Shown piece by piece: positions 20,214 to 30,171 of a DNA stretch of 64,000 nucleotides. Where the stretch lies: contig CAVXXK010000004.1 of assembly GCA_963765675.1 (NCBI GenBank), positions 64,001-128,000 on the forward strand, read 5' to 3'. The position numbers were made by a program, and so were the translations under genes. The DNA is from an uncultured delta proteobacterium (GTDB lineage Bacteria > Desulfobacterota > Binatia > Binatales > Binataceae). How positions within the stretch are numbered: position 1 is the stretch's first letter; the number at the start of each line of letters is the position of its first letter. The notes under the pieces are model-generated. The model was not told the origin of the DNA and ran no database searches. It saw only the letters and a program-made list of their open reading frames with translations.

Positions 20214-20747
20214 ATGACCTCAGCCGCACATCTTGCCCCGCTCGCGGACAATCCCGAAGTCATCGCAGCTCTGGCTGACATCCTGATCGAAGTGGTGGCA
20301 AATGGCGGCTCGGTCCACTTCATGCACCCGCTGGCGCGGAGCGTCGCGGCGGACTTCTGGAAAGATTCGCTTGATCGCGCGGCGTCAGGCGGACGCGTGG
20401 TGCTGGGCGCATGGGAAGGCGATAATCTGATCGGCACGGTGACGCTGGACCTCGCGATGCCGCCGAACCAACCGCATCGCGCCGAGATCGGCAAACTGAT
20501 GACGCGCGTCAGCCATCGCGGCCGCGGTGTCGCGCGAAGCCTGATGCTCGAGGCCGAGCGCATCGCCGTCGAGCGCGGCCGCACGCTCCTGGTCCTCGAC
20601 ACCGCCGACGACGGCGGCGCGGCTGGACTATACGAGCGCATCGGCTATCACCGAGTCGGCCTCATTCCCGGCTATGCACTGAAACCTCACGGCGGCCTCA
20701 CCGGCACAATCATCTACTTCAAACCGATCGGTACTGCCGCGATGTAG
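20214..20747 (+). CDS. GNAT acetyltransferase
   Basis: PNQPHRAEIGKL, HRGRGVA, LLVLDT, LYERIGY motifs; CAGGAG RBS. Confidence 0.92.
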   Translation: MTSAAHLAPLADNPEVIAALADILIEVVANGGSVHFMHPLARSVAADFWKDSLDRAASGGRVVLGAWEGDNLIGTVTLDLAMPPNQPHRAEIGKLMTRVSHRGRGVARSLMLEAERIAVERGRTLLVLDTADDGGAAGLYERIGYHRVGLIPGYALKPHGGLTGTIIYFKPIGTAAM

Positions 20748-20807
20748 GTCATTGCGCGCCTGGATCCCGCGCAAGGCATCCGGCGCATGAGGCCATTGCA
20801 TGAAAAA

Positions 20808-20845
20808 CGCAAAGGCGGTCCCTTACAGGACCGCCCTGCTTTGTT
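20808..20845. terminator. Probable bidirectional terminator
   Basis: GGCGGTCC-CTTACA-GGACCGCC stem flanked by A-rich and T-rich tracts between convergent genes. Confidence 0.6.
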
Positions 20846-20892
20846 CCGCGTCGCCGTTGCGACGCGGGATTATCGAACCTCGTTCGCGCCCG

Positions 20893-21510
20893 TCAGGCGC
20901 GGGCTTTGCGTAGCTTCGAGGCCGGCGCGCTGTGCGACGCGTGGACGCGATGCACGCGCTTATGGTGATTCGACGCCGCCGTCTGGACCGCTTTGGGAGC
21001 CAGTTTGGCTACCGGCGTAGGCGCCACGGTCGCAGCCTGCGGCAACTCGGCCATCACCGGCGCGGGATTCGCCAGCGCGTACGCCGCTTCGGCCTCGAGC
21101 GCCAGGCGCCGGCGCTCAATGGCGACGATCTTCTTCTCTTTCCACTTGCGCAGCCCGATCCGCATGTACTCAGGATTGATATCGAGCATGTCGCAGACAT
21201 TGTCGAACGAGAAGACCCAGCGCTTGTCCTCGTGGCCGATCCATTCGTCGGCTTCGCGGAACAGCCGTTGGCCCTTGTTCGTGGCCGAGTCGATGCACTT
21301 CATGAAGCACTCGATCGCGTCTTCGAGCACGCTCAGGATGAGCCGCTTTTCGCCCTCGAGCAGATGCTTTTTGCGCATCGCCTCGAAATACTGGATCGGC
21401 AACAGCGTGTCGGGTTCGAACAGCCCCGGCAGCTTTTCGTCAAGTGTCTCCTTCTCCTGCATCTTCTCTCCCTTGTCCGTCCTCAAGCCTTCACTTGCTG
21501 CTTCCACCAC
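20893..21510 (-). CDS. Hypothetical protein (helical core, Ala/Pro/His-rich tail), co-oriented after iscX
   Basis: GAGGAGG RBS; core EKRLILSVLEDAIECF...LFREADEW...FSFDNVCDMLDINPEYMR; function not recognised. Confidence 0.75.
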   Translation of the reverse strand: MVEAASEGLRTDKGEKMQEKETLDEKLPGLFEPDTLLPIQYFEAMRKKHLLEGEKRLILSVLEDAIECFMKCIDSATNKGQRLFREADEWIGHEDKRWVFSFDNVCDMLDINPEYMRIGLRKWKEKKIVAIERRRLALEAEAAYALANPAPVMAELPQAATVAPTPVAKLAPKAVQTAASNHHKRVHRVHASHSAPASKLRKARA

Positions 21511-21556
21511 CCCACACCTCCTCGATTTATTCAGACGCTCGTCCCCGCGCGTCTAT

Positions 21557-21781
21557 TCACTCGTCTTCGTTCTGTTCCTGGTAAATTTCGTTCCACGCCA
21601 TCTGGATTGCTTCCAGCTTCGCTTCAGTCGATCCCTGCGGATCGTCGCCGAATTCGTCCAGATCAATTACCCATTGCCGTAGATCTACGAACCGCGCGTC
21701 GAGCGGATTCAGCCCCGGATGATTCTCGGCGAGCACTTCGGCCAGTTCTTCGGCCTGATCCCATTTCAGTTCCATCGCCAT
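21557..21781 (-). CDS. iscX: Fe-S cluster assembly protein IscX
   Basis: LKW...LAENHP...RFVDLRQWV.DLDEFGDDP...E.KLEAIQMAW; end of the isc operon. Confidence 0.93.
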   Translation of the reverse strand: MAMELKWDQAEELAEVLAENHPGLNPLDARFVDLRQWVIDLDEFGDDPQGSTEAKLEAIQMAWNEIYQEQNEDE

Positions 21782-21798
21782 GTCTTCATCCTCCGCGG

Positions 21799-23662
21799 CT
21801 ACGACATCTGCTCGACTGACTTCTTCTCGAGCGCCAGCTTGATCGCTGCGTCCATGATCCGGCCCGCGAACGGCGTGCTTAGCTCGTTCAACTCTTCGAC
21901 CAGATTTGAGATGAGCTCGCGATCCTGTCCGATACGCGCCGCCTCCAGCTTCTCCGCCACCGCCGCCAACCGCGCGCGCTCTCCGGCATCGATCAGATGC
22001 GAATACTCACCGAGCTGTTTTCCAAGTGCCGCCAGGATTTGCTCGGCGTCGTTGCGAGCCACGATCAAGAGCCGCTGCTCCAGATCCTGCTCGCCGAGAT
22101 CGATCGCCTCCTCGAGCATCCGTTCGATCTCCTCGTCGTTCAGACCGTACGAGGGCTTGACGTCAACCGAATGCTCGCGGCCAGTGCGCTCGTCGCGGGC
22201 GCTGACATTTAGTATCCCGTTTGCATCGATGAGGAAAGTGACGGCGATACGGGGTAAACCGGCAGGCTGTGGATCAATTGGTCCGAGCTTGAACCGCGCA
22301 AGGCTGCGGCAGTCGGCCGCAAGCTCGCGCTCGCCCTGCACCACGTGGACATCGACGTGCGTTTGATTGTCCACCGCGGTGGTGAACATCTCGGTCACGC
22401 TGGTCGGAATTGTGGTGTTGCGATGAATCAGCCGCTCCATCACGCCGCCCATCGTCTCGATTCCGAGCGACAGCGGCACCACGTCGAGCAGCAGCATGTC
22501 GCCCTGCTTGCCCATCAGGACGCTGGCCTGGATCGCTGCGCCGAGCGCGACAACTTCATCGGGATCGATCGAGCACAGCGGCTCGCGGCCGAAGAGATCG
22601 CGCACCCGCTCGCGCACGATCGGCATCCGCGTCGATCCTCCGACCAGAACGATCGCATTGATGTCGGCGGCCGAAAGCTTCGCGTCCTTGAGCGCCATCT
22701 TGCAGCGCTCGAGCGTGCGCGCGACCAGAGGCTCCGCGATTTTTTCGAGCTCGGAGCGCGTGAGAGTCTTCTTGACGCGATTCCCCCGCAGATCGAGCGT
22801 GATCTCTGTGGTCCGACGCGTCGGTCAGGCGCTGTTTCGCCGCCTCGGCGGCGCTGCGCGCGCTGTTCCATACGTGGCGGTCGCGAATAACTTCATCGGG
22901 CAGCCCGGCCAGCATCCATTCGACGATCGCGCGGTCGATATCGTCGCCGCCGAGATGCGTATCGCCGTTGGTGGCAAGGACCTCGAAGATTCCCTGCTTG
23001 ATGCTCAAAATCGAAATGTCGAAAGTGCCGCCACCAAAGTCGTAAACCGCGACGTTGCCCTCCGCGAGCTTGCCGAGTCCGTAGGCGAGCGACGCCGCGG
23101 TGGGTTCGTTTACCAGCCGCACGACTTCCAGACCCGCCAAGCGCCCCGCGTCCTTGGTCGCCTGGCGCTGCCCGTCGTTGAAGTACGCGGGCACGGTGAT
23201 AACCACACGATCGACCGTCTCGCCAGTCGCGCGTTCGGCGCGTTCCTTTAGCGCGCGCAGGATCTCGGCCGAGATTTGCGGAGGGGTGAGCGTGCGTTTG
23301 CCGACCTGGAAGCGAACTACCGGACCCGACAGATCGGCGAACGCATAGCGTGCGCGATCCTCCGGCGCGACGTCGGCGCCGCCCAAGCCCATGTAGCGTT
23401 TGACCGAGCGGATAACCGCGCCGTACTCGCCGCCGGAAAACCCGACCGCGCTGACCGTTCCGTCTTTCTCGGTAGTGAAGTGCGGCTCGAGCTCGATCGC
23501 GTGCGCTCCCGTATGCACCGCGCCGTCGGGCGCGATCGCGACGACCGAGGGCAACAGCGCCGCGCCGGATGCGGGATCGGCGATCACGCGCGGCTCGCCG
23601 CCTACCATCCGCGCGATCAGGCTATTGGTGGTGCCGAGATCGATTCCAAGTATTTGCGCCAT
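21799..23662 (-). CDS. hscA: Fe-S assembly Hsp70 chaperone HscA; frameshift at ~22814
   Basis: [23 protein letters not shown] in the 5' ORF; [21 protein letters not shown] in the 3' ORF; one-base offset at [16 protein letters not shown]; follows hscB. Confidence 0.92.
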
Positions 23663-23666
23663 CGCT

Positions 23667-24314
23667 TCAGGCCGCCTTCAAATTCCCGAGACCGAAATCG
23701 ACATCGCGCAGAAGCGTGTGCAGATAGGCAATATTCGAGAGAATCAGTTTAAGCTCAGTGGCCAATTCTTTTGCGTTCGAGCGGCCGAGATCCCACAGCA
23801 CGAAATTTCCGCGCAATGCGATCTGGTAGTCATTCATGACATTCATTAGCGCCGCGCGCCGCGCCTCGAGGTCGTCGGCCAGCACCTGAGCGCGGGCAGG
23901 GTCGCTGCGGACCGCCTCACGCAGGGTCGCGAGCTGCTCCTGGACATCGAATACAGTCTCGGCGATTTCCGGCGGCACCTGCTTGTTGTCGTCGGAGAGC
24001 TTCTCGCCGCGCATTTCGAGCCAGTAGAGTCCGCGCGTGACCGGCTCGCGCAAGGTGCGGTAGCTGCGGGTCAGAAGCGCGGTCGAGCGCAGGCTCGCGT
24101 CGCGCGCGCGCACGGGGGCCTGCGCGAATCGGTCGGGATGAATCTGGCGGCTCAGATCGTGATAAACGCGTTCAAGCGCACCCGGCTCGATCGCGAGCTT
24201 TTTGGGCAGCCCGAGCGCAGCGAAGCAGTCGAGTTCAACGCCGAGCGGCGTCGAACAGCTTTCGCAAATCAGCCGGGGCTCTTGCCGCCGTCCGCATGAC
24301 GGGCATTCGATCAT
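23667..24314 (-). CDS. hscB: Co-chaperone HscB (J-domain, N-terminal CxxC-CxxC)
   Basis: CPSC...CESC and HPDRF J-domain motif; position in isc operon. Confidence 0.9.
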   Translation of the reverse strand: MIECPSCGRRQEPRLICESCSTPLGVELDCFAALGLPKKLAIEPGALERVYHDLSRQIHPDRFAQAPVRARDASLRSTALLTRSYRTLREPVTRGLYWLEMRGEKLSDDNKQVPPEIAETVFDVQEQLATLREAVRSDPARAQVLADDLEARRAALMNVMNDYQIALRGNFVLWDLGRSNAKELATELKLILSNIAYLHTLLRDVDFGLGNLKAA

Positions 24315-24338
24315 CGTTACGCCGCCGCATCCCCTCGT

Positions 24339-24656
24339 TCATACCACGAACGACTCGCCACATCCGCAACTTCGTTTGGCGTTTGGATTGACCACCCGAA
24401 AACCCGAGGCCATCAGCTCCTCGGCGTAGTCGAGCTCGGAACCGTTGAGATAGAGAAAACTCTTCTTGTCCACGATCAGTTTGGCGCCGTCGCGCTCGAA
24501 AATCTTGTCGCGCTCTTTGGCCGCGTCGATTTCCATCCGGTACGACAGCCCCGAGCATCCGCCGCCGACAACTTTTACGCGCAGTCCGGCCTCGGCGCCC
24601 TTGTCGGCGACCAGAGTCTTGATCTTGTGGACCGCGTTTTCAGACAGCGAAATCAT
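24339..24656 (-). CDS. iscA: A-type Fe-S carrier IscA
   Basis: GGGCSGLSY and CGCGESF motifs. Confidence 0.93.
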   Translation of the reverse strand: MISLSENAVHKIKTLVADKGAEAGLRVKVVGGGCSGLSYRMEIDAAKERDKIFERDGAKLIVDKKSFLYLNGSELDYAEELMASGFRVVNPNAKRSCGCGESFVV

Positions 24657-24674
24657 CGTGCGAAACCTCAGCCG

Positions 24675-25091
24675 TCAGCCCTGATTCGCCTTTTCTGCCG
24701 GCGCTTCGGCGTGGCCCTTGCGCTTCTTCCAATCGGTGATTGCTGCCTTGATCGCGTCTTCAGCCAGCACCGAACAATGAATCTTGACCGGAGGCAGATT
24801 GAGTTCTTTCACGATGACGGTGTTCTTGATCGCCATCGCTTCGTCGATCTTCTTGCCCTTGACCAGCTCGGTCACGTAGCTCGAACTCGCGATCGCGCTG
24901 CCGCATCCGAAGGTCTTGAACTTCGCGTCTTCGATTACGCCGTCGTCGCTGATCTTGAGCTGCAGCTTCATCACGTCGCCGCACTCGGGCGCGCCGACCA
25001 CGCCAGTGCCGACACTCAGGTCGTCCTTGGCGAAGCTGCCGACATTGCGCGGATTGTTATAGTGATCGAGAACCTTGTCTGAATATGCCAT
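24675..25091 (-). CDS. iscU: Fe-S scaffold IscU
   Basis: YSDKVLDHY.NPRNVG, GAPECGDVM, FGCGSAIASS, LPPVKIHCS. Confidence 0.98.
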   Translation of the reverse strand: MAYSDKVLDHYNNPRNVGSFAKDDLSVGTGVVGAPECGDVMKLQLKISDDGVIEDAKFKTFGCGSAIASSSYVTELVKGKKIDEAMAIKNTVIVKELNLPPVKIHCSVLAEDAIKAAITDWKKRKGHAEAPAEKANQG

Positions 25092-25109
25092 GATTTTTCT
25101 CCGCGCTGC

Positions 25110-26339
25110 TTACGATTTCCACTGCACTGACTTGAGATCGATTCCGTCTTTCGCCATCTCGTACAGCGGCGACATCTCGCGCAGCCGCTTGACCTCTTTG
25201 CTCACCCGGTCCGACACGTAATCGACTTCGTCGGCAGTGTTGAAGCGGCCGATTCCAAACCGGATCGAGCTATGCGCCAGCTCCTCGTTGATTCCGAGCG
25301 CGCGAATCACGTACGAGGGCTCCAGCGTCGCCGAGGTGCAGGCCGAGCCCGAGCTCACCGCGATATCGCTGATTCCCATCAGCAGCGACTCACCCTCGAC
25401 GTACGCGAAGCTGATGTTGAGATTACCCGGCAGCCGCTCGGTCGGATGCCCATTCAGATAGACTTCGTCCAGCCGCTCAAAGATGCCCGCCTGGAGCCGG
25501 TTTCGGAGTCCGGTCAGGCGGACGGCCTCGTCGGCCATCTCCTTGCCAGAGATTTCGCACGCCGCGCCGAACCCGACGATTCCGGTGACGTTGAGCGTGC
25601 CCGAGCGCATCCCGCGCTCATGCCCTCCGCCGTCGATAATCGGGCTAAGCCGCACGCGCGGTCCTTTCGAGCGGACGTAGAGCGCGCCGACTCCCTTGGG
25701 GCCGTAAATTTTATGCCCGCTCATCGCGAGCAGGTCGATCCCGTCTTTTTCCACGTCCACCGGAATCTTGCCGACCGCCTGCACCGCGTCGCAATGAAAC
25801 ACGATGCCTTTTTCTTTGGCGATCTTGCCGATCTCGCGCACCGGATGAATCGTGCCGATCTCGTTGTTGGCGTACATGATCGAGATGAGCACAGTCTTGT
25901 CGGTGATCGCGCGGCGCACCGCGTCGGGATCGACCATTCCGTATTTGTCTACCGGAAGGTAGGTCACCGTCGCTTTGCCCTGGCGCTCGAGCGCGCGGCA
26001 ACTGTCGAGCACCGCCTTGTGCTCAGTGACGCAGGTGATGATGTGGTTGCCCTTATCCTTGTAGAACTCGAGCACGCCCTTGATCGCCAGATTGTCGGAC
26101 TCGGTCGCGCCGCTAGTGAAGATAATTTCCTTCGACTTCGCGCCGACGAGGGTCGCAATCTGCTCGCGCGCCTTAAAGACGCCCTCTTCCGCTTCCCAGC
26201 CGAAGCTGTGGTTGCGGCTGGCAGCGTTGCCGAACTTCTCGGTGAAATACGGCAGCATCGCGTCCAGCACCCTGCGATCGCACGGCGTGGTCGCGTGATT
26301 GTCCATGTATATGGGAGTCTTAACCATCAGCCCCGCCAT
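25110..26339 (-). CDS. iscS: Cysteine desulfurase IscS
   Basis: [37 protein letters not shown]. Confidence 0.98.
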   Translation of the reverse strand: MAGLMVKTPIYMDNHATTPCDRRVLDAMLPYFTEKFGNAASRNHSFGWEAEEGVFKAREQIATLVGAKSKEIIFTSGATESDNLAIKGVLEFYKDKGNHIITCVTEHKAVLDSCRALERQGKATVTYLPVDKYGMVDPDAVRRAITDKTVLISIMYANNEIGTIHPVREIGKIAKEKGIVFHCDAVQAVGKIPVDVEKDGIDLLAMSGHKIYGPKGVGALYVRSKGPRVRLSPIIDGGGHERGMRSGTLNVTGIVGFGAACEISGKEMADEAVRLTGLRNRLQAGIFERLDEVYLNGHPTERLPGNLNISFAYVEGESLLMGISDIAVSSGSACTSATLEPSYVIRALGINEELAHSSIRFGIGRFNTADEVDYVSDRVSKEVKRLREMSPLYEMAKDGIDLKSVQWKS

Positions 26340-26385
26340 CGAGGATGCTCTATCGGATTCGCGTCTCGCGAAATCGGTGATCCAA

Positions 26386-26410
26386 TTAGTGGACCTGCTG
26401 AGTCCACTAT
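26386..26410. promoter_or_regulatory. IscR/Rrf2 type-1-like operator overlapping the -10 element
   Basis: TAGTGGAC-N7-GTCCACTA inverted repeat; minus strand ATAGTGGACTCAGCAGGTCCACTAA resembles ATASYYGACTRwwwYAGTCRRSTAT. Confidence 0.7.
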
Positions 26411-26434
26411 AAGCATCGCGAGAGCTTCGGTCAA
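26406..26434 (-). promoter_or_regulatory. Sigma70-type promoter of the isc operon
   Basis: TTGACC-17 bp-TATAGT on the minus strand, about 65 bp upstream of iscS. Confidence 0.7.
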
Positions 26435-26453
26435 CCGTCGCACCGCCTCACCA

Positions 26454-26478
26454 ATACCCGACCCACTGAGTCTAGATA
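26454..26478. promoter_or_regulatory. Second IscR/Rrf2-like operator
   Basis: ATACCCGACCCACTGAGTCTAGATA fits the type-1 pattern (ATA..GAC-N7-GTC); lies just downstream of a TTGACA at 26496-26501 on the minus strand. Confidence 0.6.
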
Positions 26479-26548
26479 AGATAAATGCGTTGATCTGTCA
26501 AGGTAAATAGCACCTATCCAAGAGGTCAGCGCAGGGCACGGCATCGGC

Positions 26549-26587
26549 AAGGGACTGCGGCGCGTCGTCTGACGGCCGCAGTCCCTT
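26549..26587. terminator. Stem-loop downstream of the beta-helix gene
   Basis: 13-bp stem AAGGGACTGCGGC/GCCGCAGTCCCTT. Confidence 0.55.
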
Positions 26588-26625
26588 AACCGGCCCGGAA
26601 GGCTTTCGGACGCGTTCTCCAGCGC

Positions 26626-27975
26626 CTAGCTCCGATGCCTATGTCTATGCCCGGAAGGCGTCGGTGTCGGATTCGGCGTTGGTGTCAGGGTTGGCGTCGG
26701 GGTGGACGTTTGAGTCGCAGTTGCCGTAGGAAGTGGAGTCGGGGTCCCGGACGCATTCCCGATTGGAGTTGCGGTGGGGGAGGCAGCGCCATAGGCATAT
26801 GCCCCTATATCAACCGAGCTGGTCAATCTTGCAGCGCCCGTGATATCGAGCGCCGGGATGCCATAGGCGACTGATCCGGCGCTAATCGCGGGGCTGTCAG
26901 CCTGCAGGCGCATGTTGGATGGCGGACTCACAAGGTCGGGATTCGATGAGCCGGACCCTCCGTACAACAGGTTCGATACCGCCACGTTGGCCGGACCTGA
27001 ACTGCCTCCATCGAGGTAGGCCGAATTGCTCGAATCGGACGTCGGGTCGAACCAGAGGATGTTGTTCACGGTGGTCACGCCGCCCGTATATTCCAGAGAT
27101 ACCTCACCGCGCCACGTGTACGGCCCTGAGAGCTGCTGATCCTTGAAGCAGGTATTATTTCGCACCAGGATCGGCGCGCCGCCATTGGAGTAAACCTTGA
27201 CGCAGGCGCCTGCGTTGCCATAGCCGACATTGTTCTCAATCAGCGACGACGCGGCAAATCCGGAATCGGAAAACGAATCGAGTATTATTCCATTGCCATC
27301 AGATCCGCCCGGAGGATTGGAATTGTCGTAGACGAAATTCGCGCCGATATAGACATGCGTTCCAGCGCCGCTATCGAGTTGAGTCGGTTCGTAAACCGAT
27401 ATGCCGGAACCATCGGAGCTCCAGGTTACAGCGTTATTATGGACCAGGCTTCCCACGATCGTCAGATAGTCGCCGTTGTTCAATTGAACGCCGCTTCCGA
27501 TCGCATTCTCGACTTCGTCATCATTCACGTACCAATGGCTTCCCCCGCCCGAGGTCACGATTCCAATCTCTCCGCCGTTGGTCTGAACGTGCTCGATCGC
27601 GACGTAGGATTGTGAATTGATATTGATCGCGAAGGAACCGTCGCTCGGTGGCAAAATTTCTGCGCGAGCAGTCGCGATACCGCGAATTGTGAGCCACTTG
27701 GCGGCGGTTCCCGAATTCGACAGCGTTACCGCTTCAGCATAAGGACCGGCATCCTCGATACATACTGTCCCGCCGCTCGAGCCTAAAGAATTGACGGAAT
27801 GCTGAATCGTACGGAACGGCGAGGATTGCGTACCCGGCGAACCATCGGAGCCCGTCAACGCCGCGTAATAGCTGCAAGAGGCAATCACCGGTGTCACTTG
27901 CGCATTCGCATCCGCGACACCCACAGCCAAAACCCCGACCACGATCAACGCCGCAACAAAAGCTTTTGAATCCAT
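26626..27975 (-). CDS. Secreted right-handed parallel beta-helix (pectin lyase-like) protein with Pro/Thr-rich C-terminal tail
   Basis: Signal peptide MDSKAFVAALIVVGVLAVGVADANA; GSDGSPGTQSSPFRTIQ, DGNGIILD, LQADSPAISAG...DIGAY motifs; (TP)n tail. Confidence 0.8.
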   Translation of the reverse strand: MDSKAFVAALIVVGVLAVGVADANAQVTPVIASCSYYAALTGSDGSPGTQSSPFRTIQHSVNSLGSSGGTVCIEDAGPYAEAVTLSNSGTAAKWLTIRGIATARAEILPPSDGSFAININSQSYVAIEHVQTNGGEIGIVTSGGGSHWYVNDDEVENAIGSGVQLNNGDYLTIVGSLVHNNAVTWSSDGSGISVYEPTQLDSGAGTHVYIGANFVYDNSNPPGGSDGNGIILDSFSDSGFAASSLIENNVGYGNAGACVKVYSNGGAPILVRNNTCFKDQQLSGPYTWRGEVSLEYTGGVTTVNNILWFDPTSDSSNSAYLDGGSSGPANVAVSNLLYGGSGSSNPDLVSPPSNMRLQADSPAISAGSVAYGIPALDITGAARLTSSVDIGAYAYGAASPTATPIGNASGTPTPLPTATATQTSTPTPTLTPTPNPTPTPSGHRHRHRS

Positions 27976-28612
27976 TTCTCCTACCCCCGCGTCACCGCGC
28001 GCATACACGAGCGCAAAGGCGCCCGTCGCGATCATCCTGGCGTACACGCCGATCAAATCGCCGACGGAGCAGCCGAAACGCGTTCACGAGTTAGTATTTC
28101 GAGCGAGTAGGTATTGAAGATCGCCCGCGAGTCGCAGCGCACGATAGAGAGGTGAGCGATCGAAGTCAAGTATAAAAAGCGGATTTAGTGGAACTGAGTA
28201 ATATATTTTTTCTGCCACCCGCAAACGTGCAATAGTCAGTCTCATCTCGCACTAAATGACTAATCGCCGCAGGAATATCTCGCGGTAACGCGGAGCGGGA
28301 AAATGTCGCCGAAATATTGGCCACGTCCCCCGCCGTGGGCGAGGAAATCCCGGCATTGCCCGCGATCGCAGAACATCCTTTCATGTAGTTGTAGGCAAGA
28401 AACCGTTCAGTTCGGCGTCATTCCGTATCCGCAATAGCGCACCGCAAGCAACTGTTGCACGATAAGCCGAAGATGGTCACACCGACGTGCCCAGAGACGA
28501 ACATATCGCGGGCAGATATTGCCGTGTCCGAACCGATCGGCCGCACAGGTGCGGCGATCGGTGACCCATCGGAAGAAATTGAAAAAAATCGCTCGGAGAG
28601 AAAGCCGCGGAA

Positions 28613-29107
28613 TCACTCCGGACGCGGCTTCAGAAACATCATGCGCTCCTCGCGCCACGCGGAAAAACCCAGGCGATGCCACGCCTCGGCGCCGAGCCAG
28701 TTGCGATGCAGCACGCTCAATGTGATCCGGTCGATTCCCTTGGCGCGAAACCAGTCGAAGGCCTCCGCGAGCATCGGTTTCATCAGGCCGCGTCCGCGGT
28801 AGCTCTCTTCCAGAAAAGCCTGGCTGATATAACCGATCTCTGCCGGACGCTCGCCCTCGTGACGGCGGCGCAGCCTCACCCACAGATGACCCGCGAGATG
28901 GCCGTCGCCCGCGTCGGCAACCCAGACTGCATGATGCTCCCGTGCCAGAACGGCGCGCATCCATTCGGGCGCCTGGCGAATCGAGTCCCAATCAAACCGT
29001 GCGCGTTCGTCCAGCGCTTCTTCATACGCCGCAAGTCCTGCGACGAGTCGCGCCAGTTCGGGAATGTCAGACTCGCGAGCGGGACGAATTTCGGGCTGCT
29101 TCATCAT
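28613..29107 (-). CDS. GNAT acetyltransferase
   Basis: IRPARESD, YRGRGL, ITLSV...N...WHRLGF. Confidence 0.87.
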   Translation of the reverse strand: MMKQPEIRPARESDIPELARLVAGLAAYEEALDERARFDWDSIRQAPEWMRAVLAREHHAVWVADAGDGHLAGHLWVRLRRRHEGERPAEIGYISQAFLEESYRGRGLMKPMLAEAFDWFRAKGIDRITLSVLHRNWLGAEAWHRLGFSAWREERMMFLKPRPE

Positions 29108-29757
29108 GACTCTCCCTGCATCAGCGCCAACACGCGCGGCAACGCCCTTATATCAGGCAGGATACTGGCGGCGGCGTCAAACGCGCCGCCGCGGGTTAAC
29201 TCATTGGGCGCGATAATGCAGCGCAGACCGGCGGCCAACGCCGCGGTAAGCCCGCGCTCCGAATCCTCGACCGCGATGCAACGCTCCGGCGCGAGCTTCA
29301 AGCGCCTCATCGCCGTCAGATAGGGCTCGGGACTTGGCTTCGATTTTTCGTAGTCCTCACGCGCAATCACGGTCTCGAAAAGGGACAGAATTCCGCTTTG
29401 GCGATGCCCCAGATCCAGATGCGTGCGCAGCGAGCTGGTCACGATTGCCATCCGATAACGCGGCGCCAGCATCCGCACCGTCTCGGCTGCTCCTGCGATA
29501 AGAAGATTCGCGCGCCGTAGCTCTTCGGCGTAGAGAGCGTCGCGCTCTTTACGCAGCGCGGCGATCTCGGCAGTGCTCCATCCTCGCGACAACAGGCCGT
29601 CGAACAGGTTGCGGCCGCTGCGGAGCACGTGGTCGATATACAGCTCACGCGTGACGATGATCTCCGCGCGCGCCAGCGTGTCACGGGTCGCGGCGAAGAA
29701 AAGGCTCTCGGTGTCGACCAGAACCCCGTCGTTGTCCCACAGAATCGCTTCGATCAT
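29104..29757 (-). CDS. HAD-IA family phosphatase
   Basis: WDNDGVLVDTE, IVTSS, KPSPEPY, VEDSERG. Confidence 0.92.
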   Translation of the reverse strand: MIEAILWDNDGVLVDTESLFFAATRDTLARAEIIVTRELYIDHVLRSGRNLFDGLLSRGWSTAEIAALRKERDALYAEELRRANLLIAGAAETVRMLAPRYRMAIVTSSLRTHLDLGHRQSGILSLFETVIAREDYEKSKPSPEPYLTAMRRLKLAPERCIAVEDSERGLTAALAAGLRCIIAPNELTRGGAFDAAASILPDIRALPRVLALMQGES

Positions 29758-29811
29758 CGCATACGATTGTAGTCGGTACCGGCAGCGGCAGGAAAACCGT
29801 GCGGCGCCTGG

Positions 29812-30123
29812 TCAGAAGGGACCGCGATTGGCCGCGTCGAAGAAGATCTCGTGCATCCTGCGCTCGCTACGGATCGATTTTAGTGCCGCTTCGCGCGTCA
29901 TCTCGAACTCGCGCTCGATCCACGGCGCCAGCCGCGCGAGGATCGCCGGGGGATCATCGCCCGTCGCGAGTTCTTGAGCGACCGCGCATTTGAGGGCGAC
30001 CCGCTCGATTCCGTTTGCGCTCTCGAGCGCGAGCGTCAGCACGATCGCGCCTTTTGAGCGCACGGCCGGCGCGGCCTCGATGAGCCGGTACGGTCCGCGG
30101 CCGGTCTTCAACGCAATTTCCAC
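29812..30123 (-). CDS. Hypothetical protein
   Basis: 103-aa ORF filling the gap between secF and the HAD gene, co-oriented with both. Confidence 0.6.
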   Translation of the reverse strand: MEIALKTGRGPYRLIEAAPAVRSKGAIVLTLALESANGIERVALKCAVAQELATGDDPPAILARLAPWIEREFEMTREAALKSIRSERRMHEIFFDAANRGPF

Positions 30124-30171
30124 CTGGCGATTTCTCGGCGCGATGTTCGCCGGACGCGCCGCCCGCTCGCC

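Noticed and set aside
21799-23662. hscA, acyl-CoA dehydrogenase and arnC as programmed frameshifts or pseudogenes
   Set aside because: No slippery heptamers at the breaks and no other decay; sequencing error is more parsimonious.
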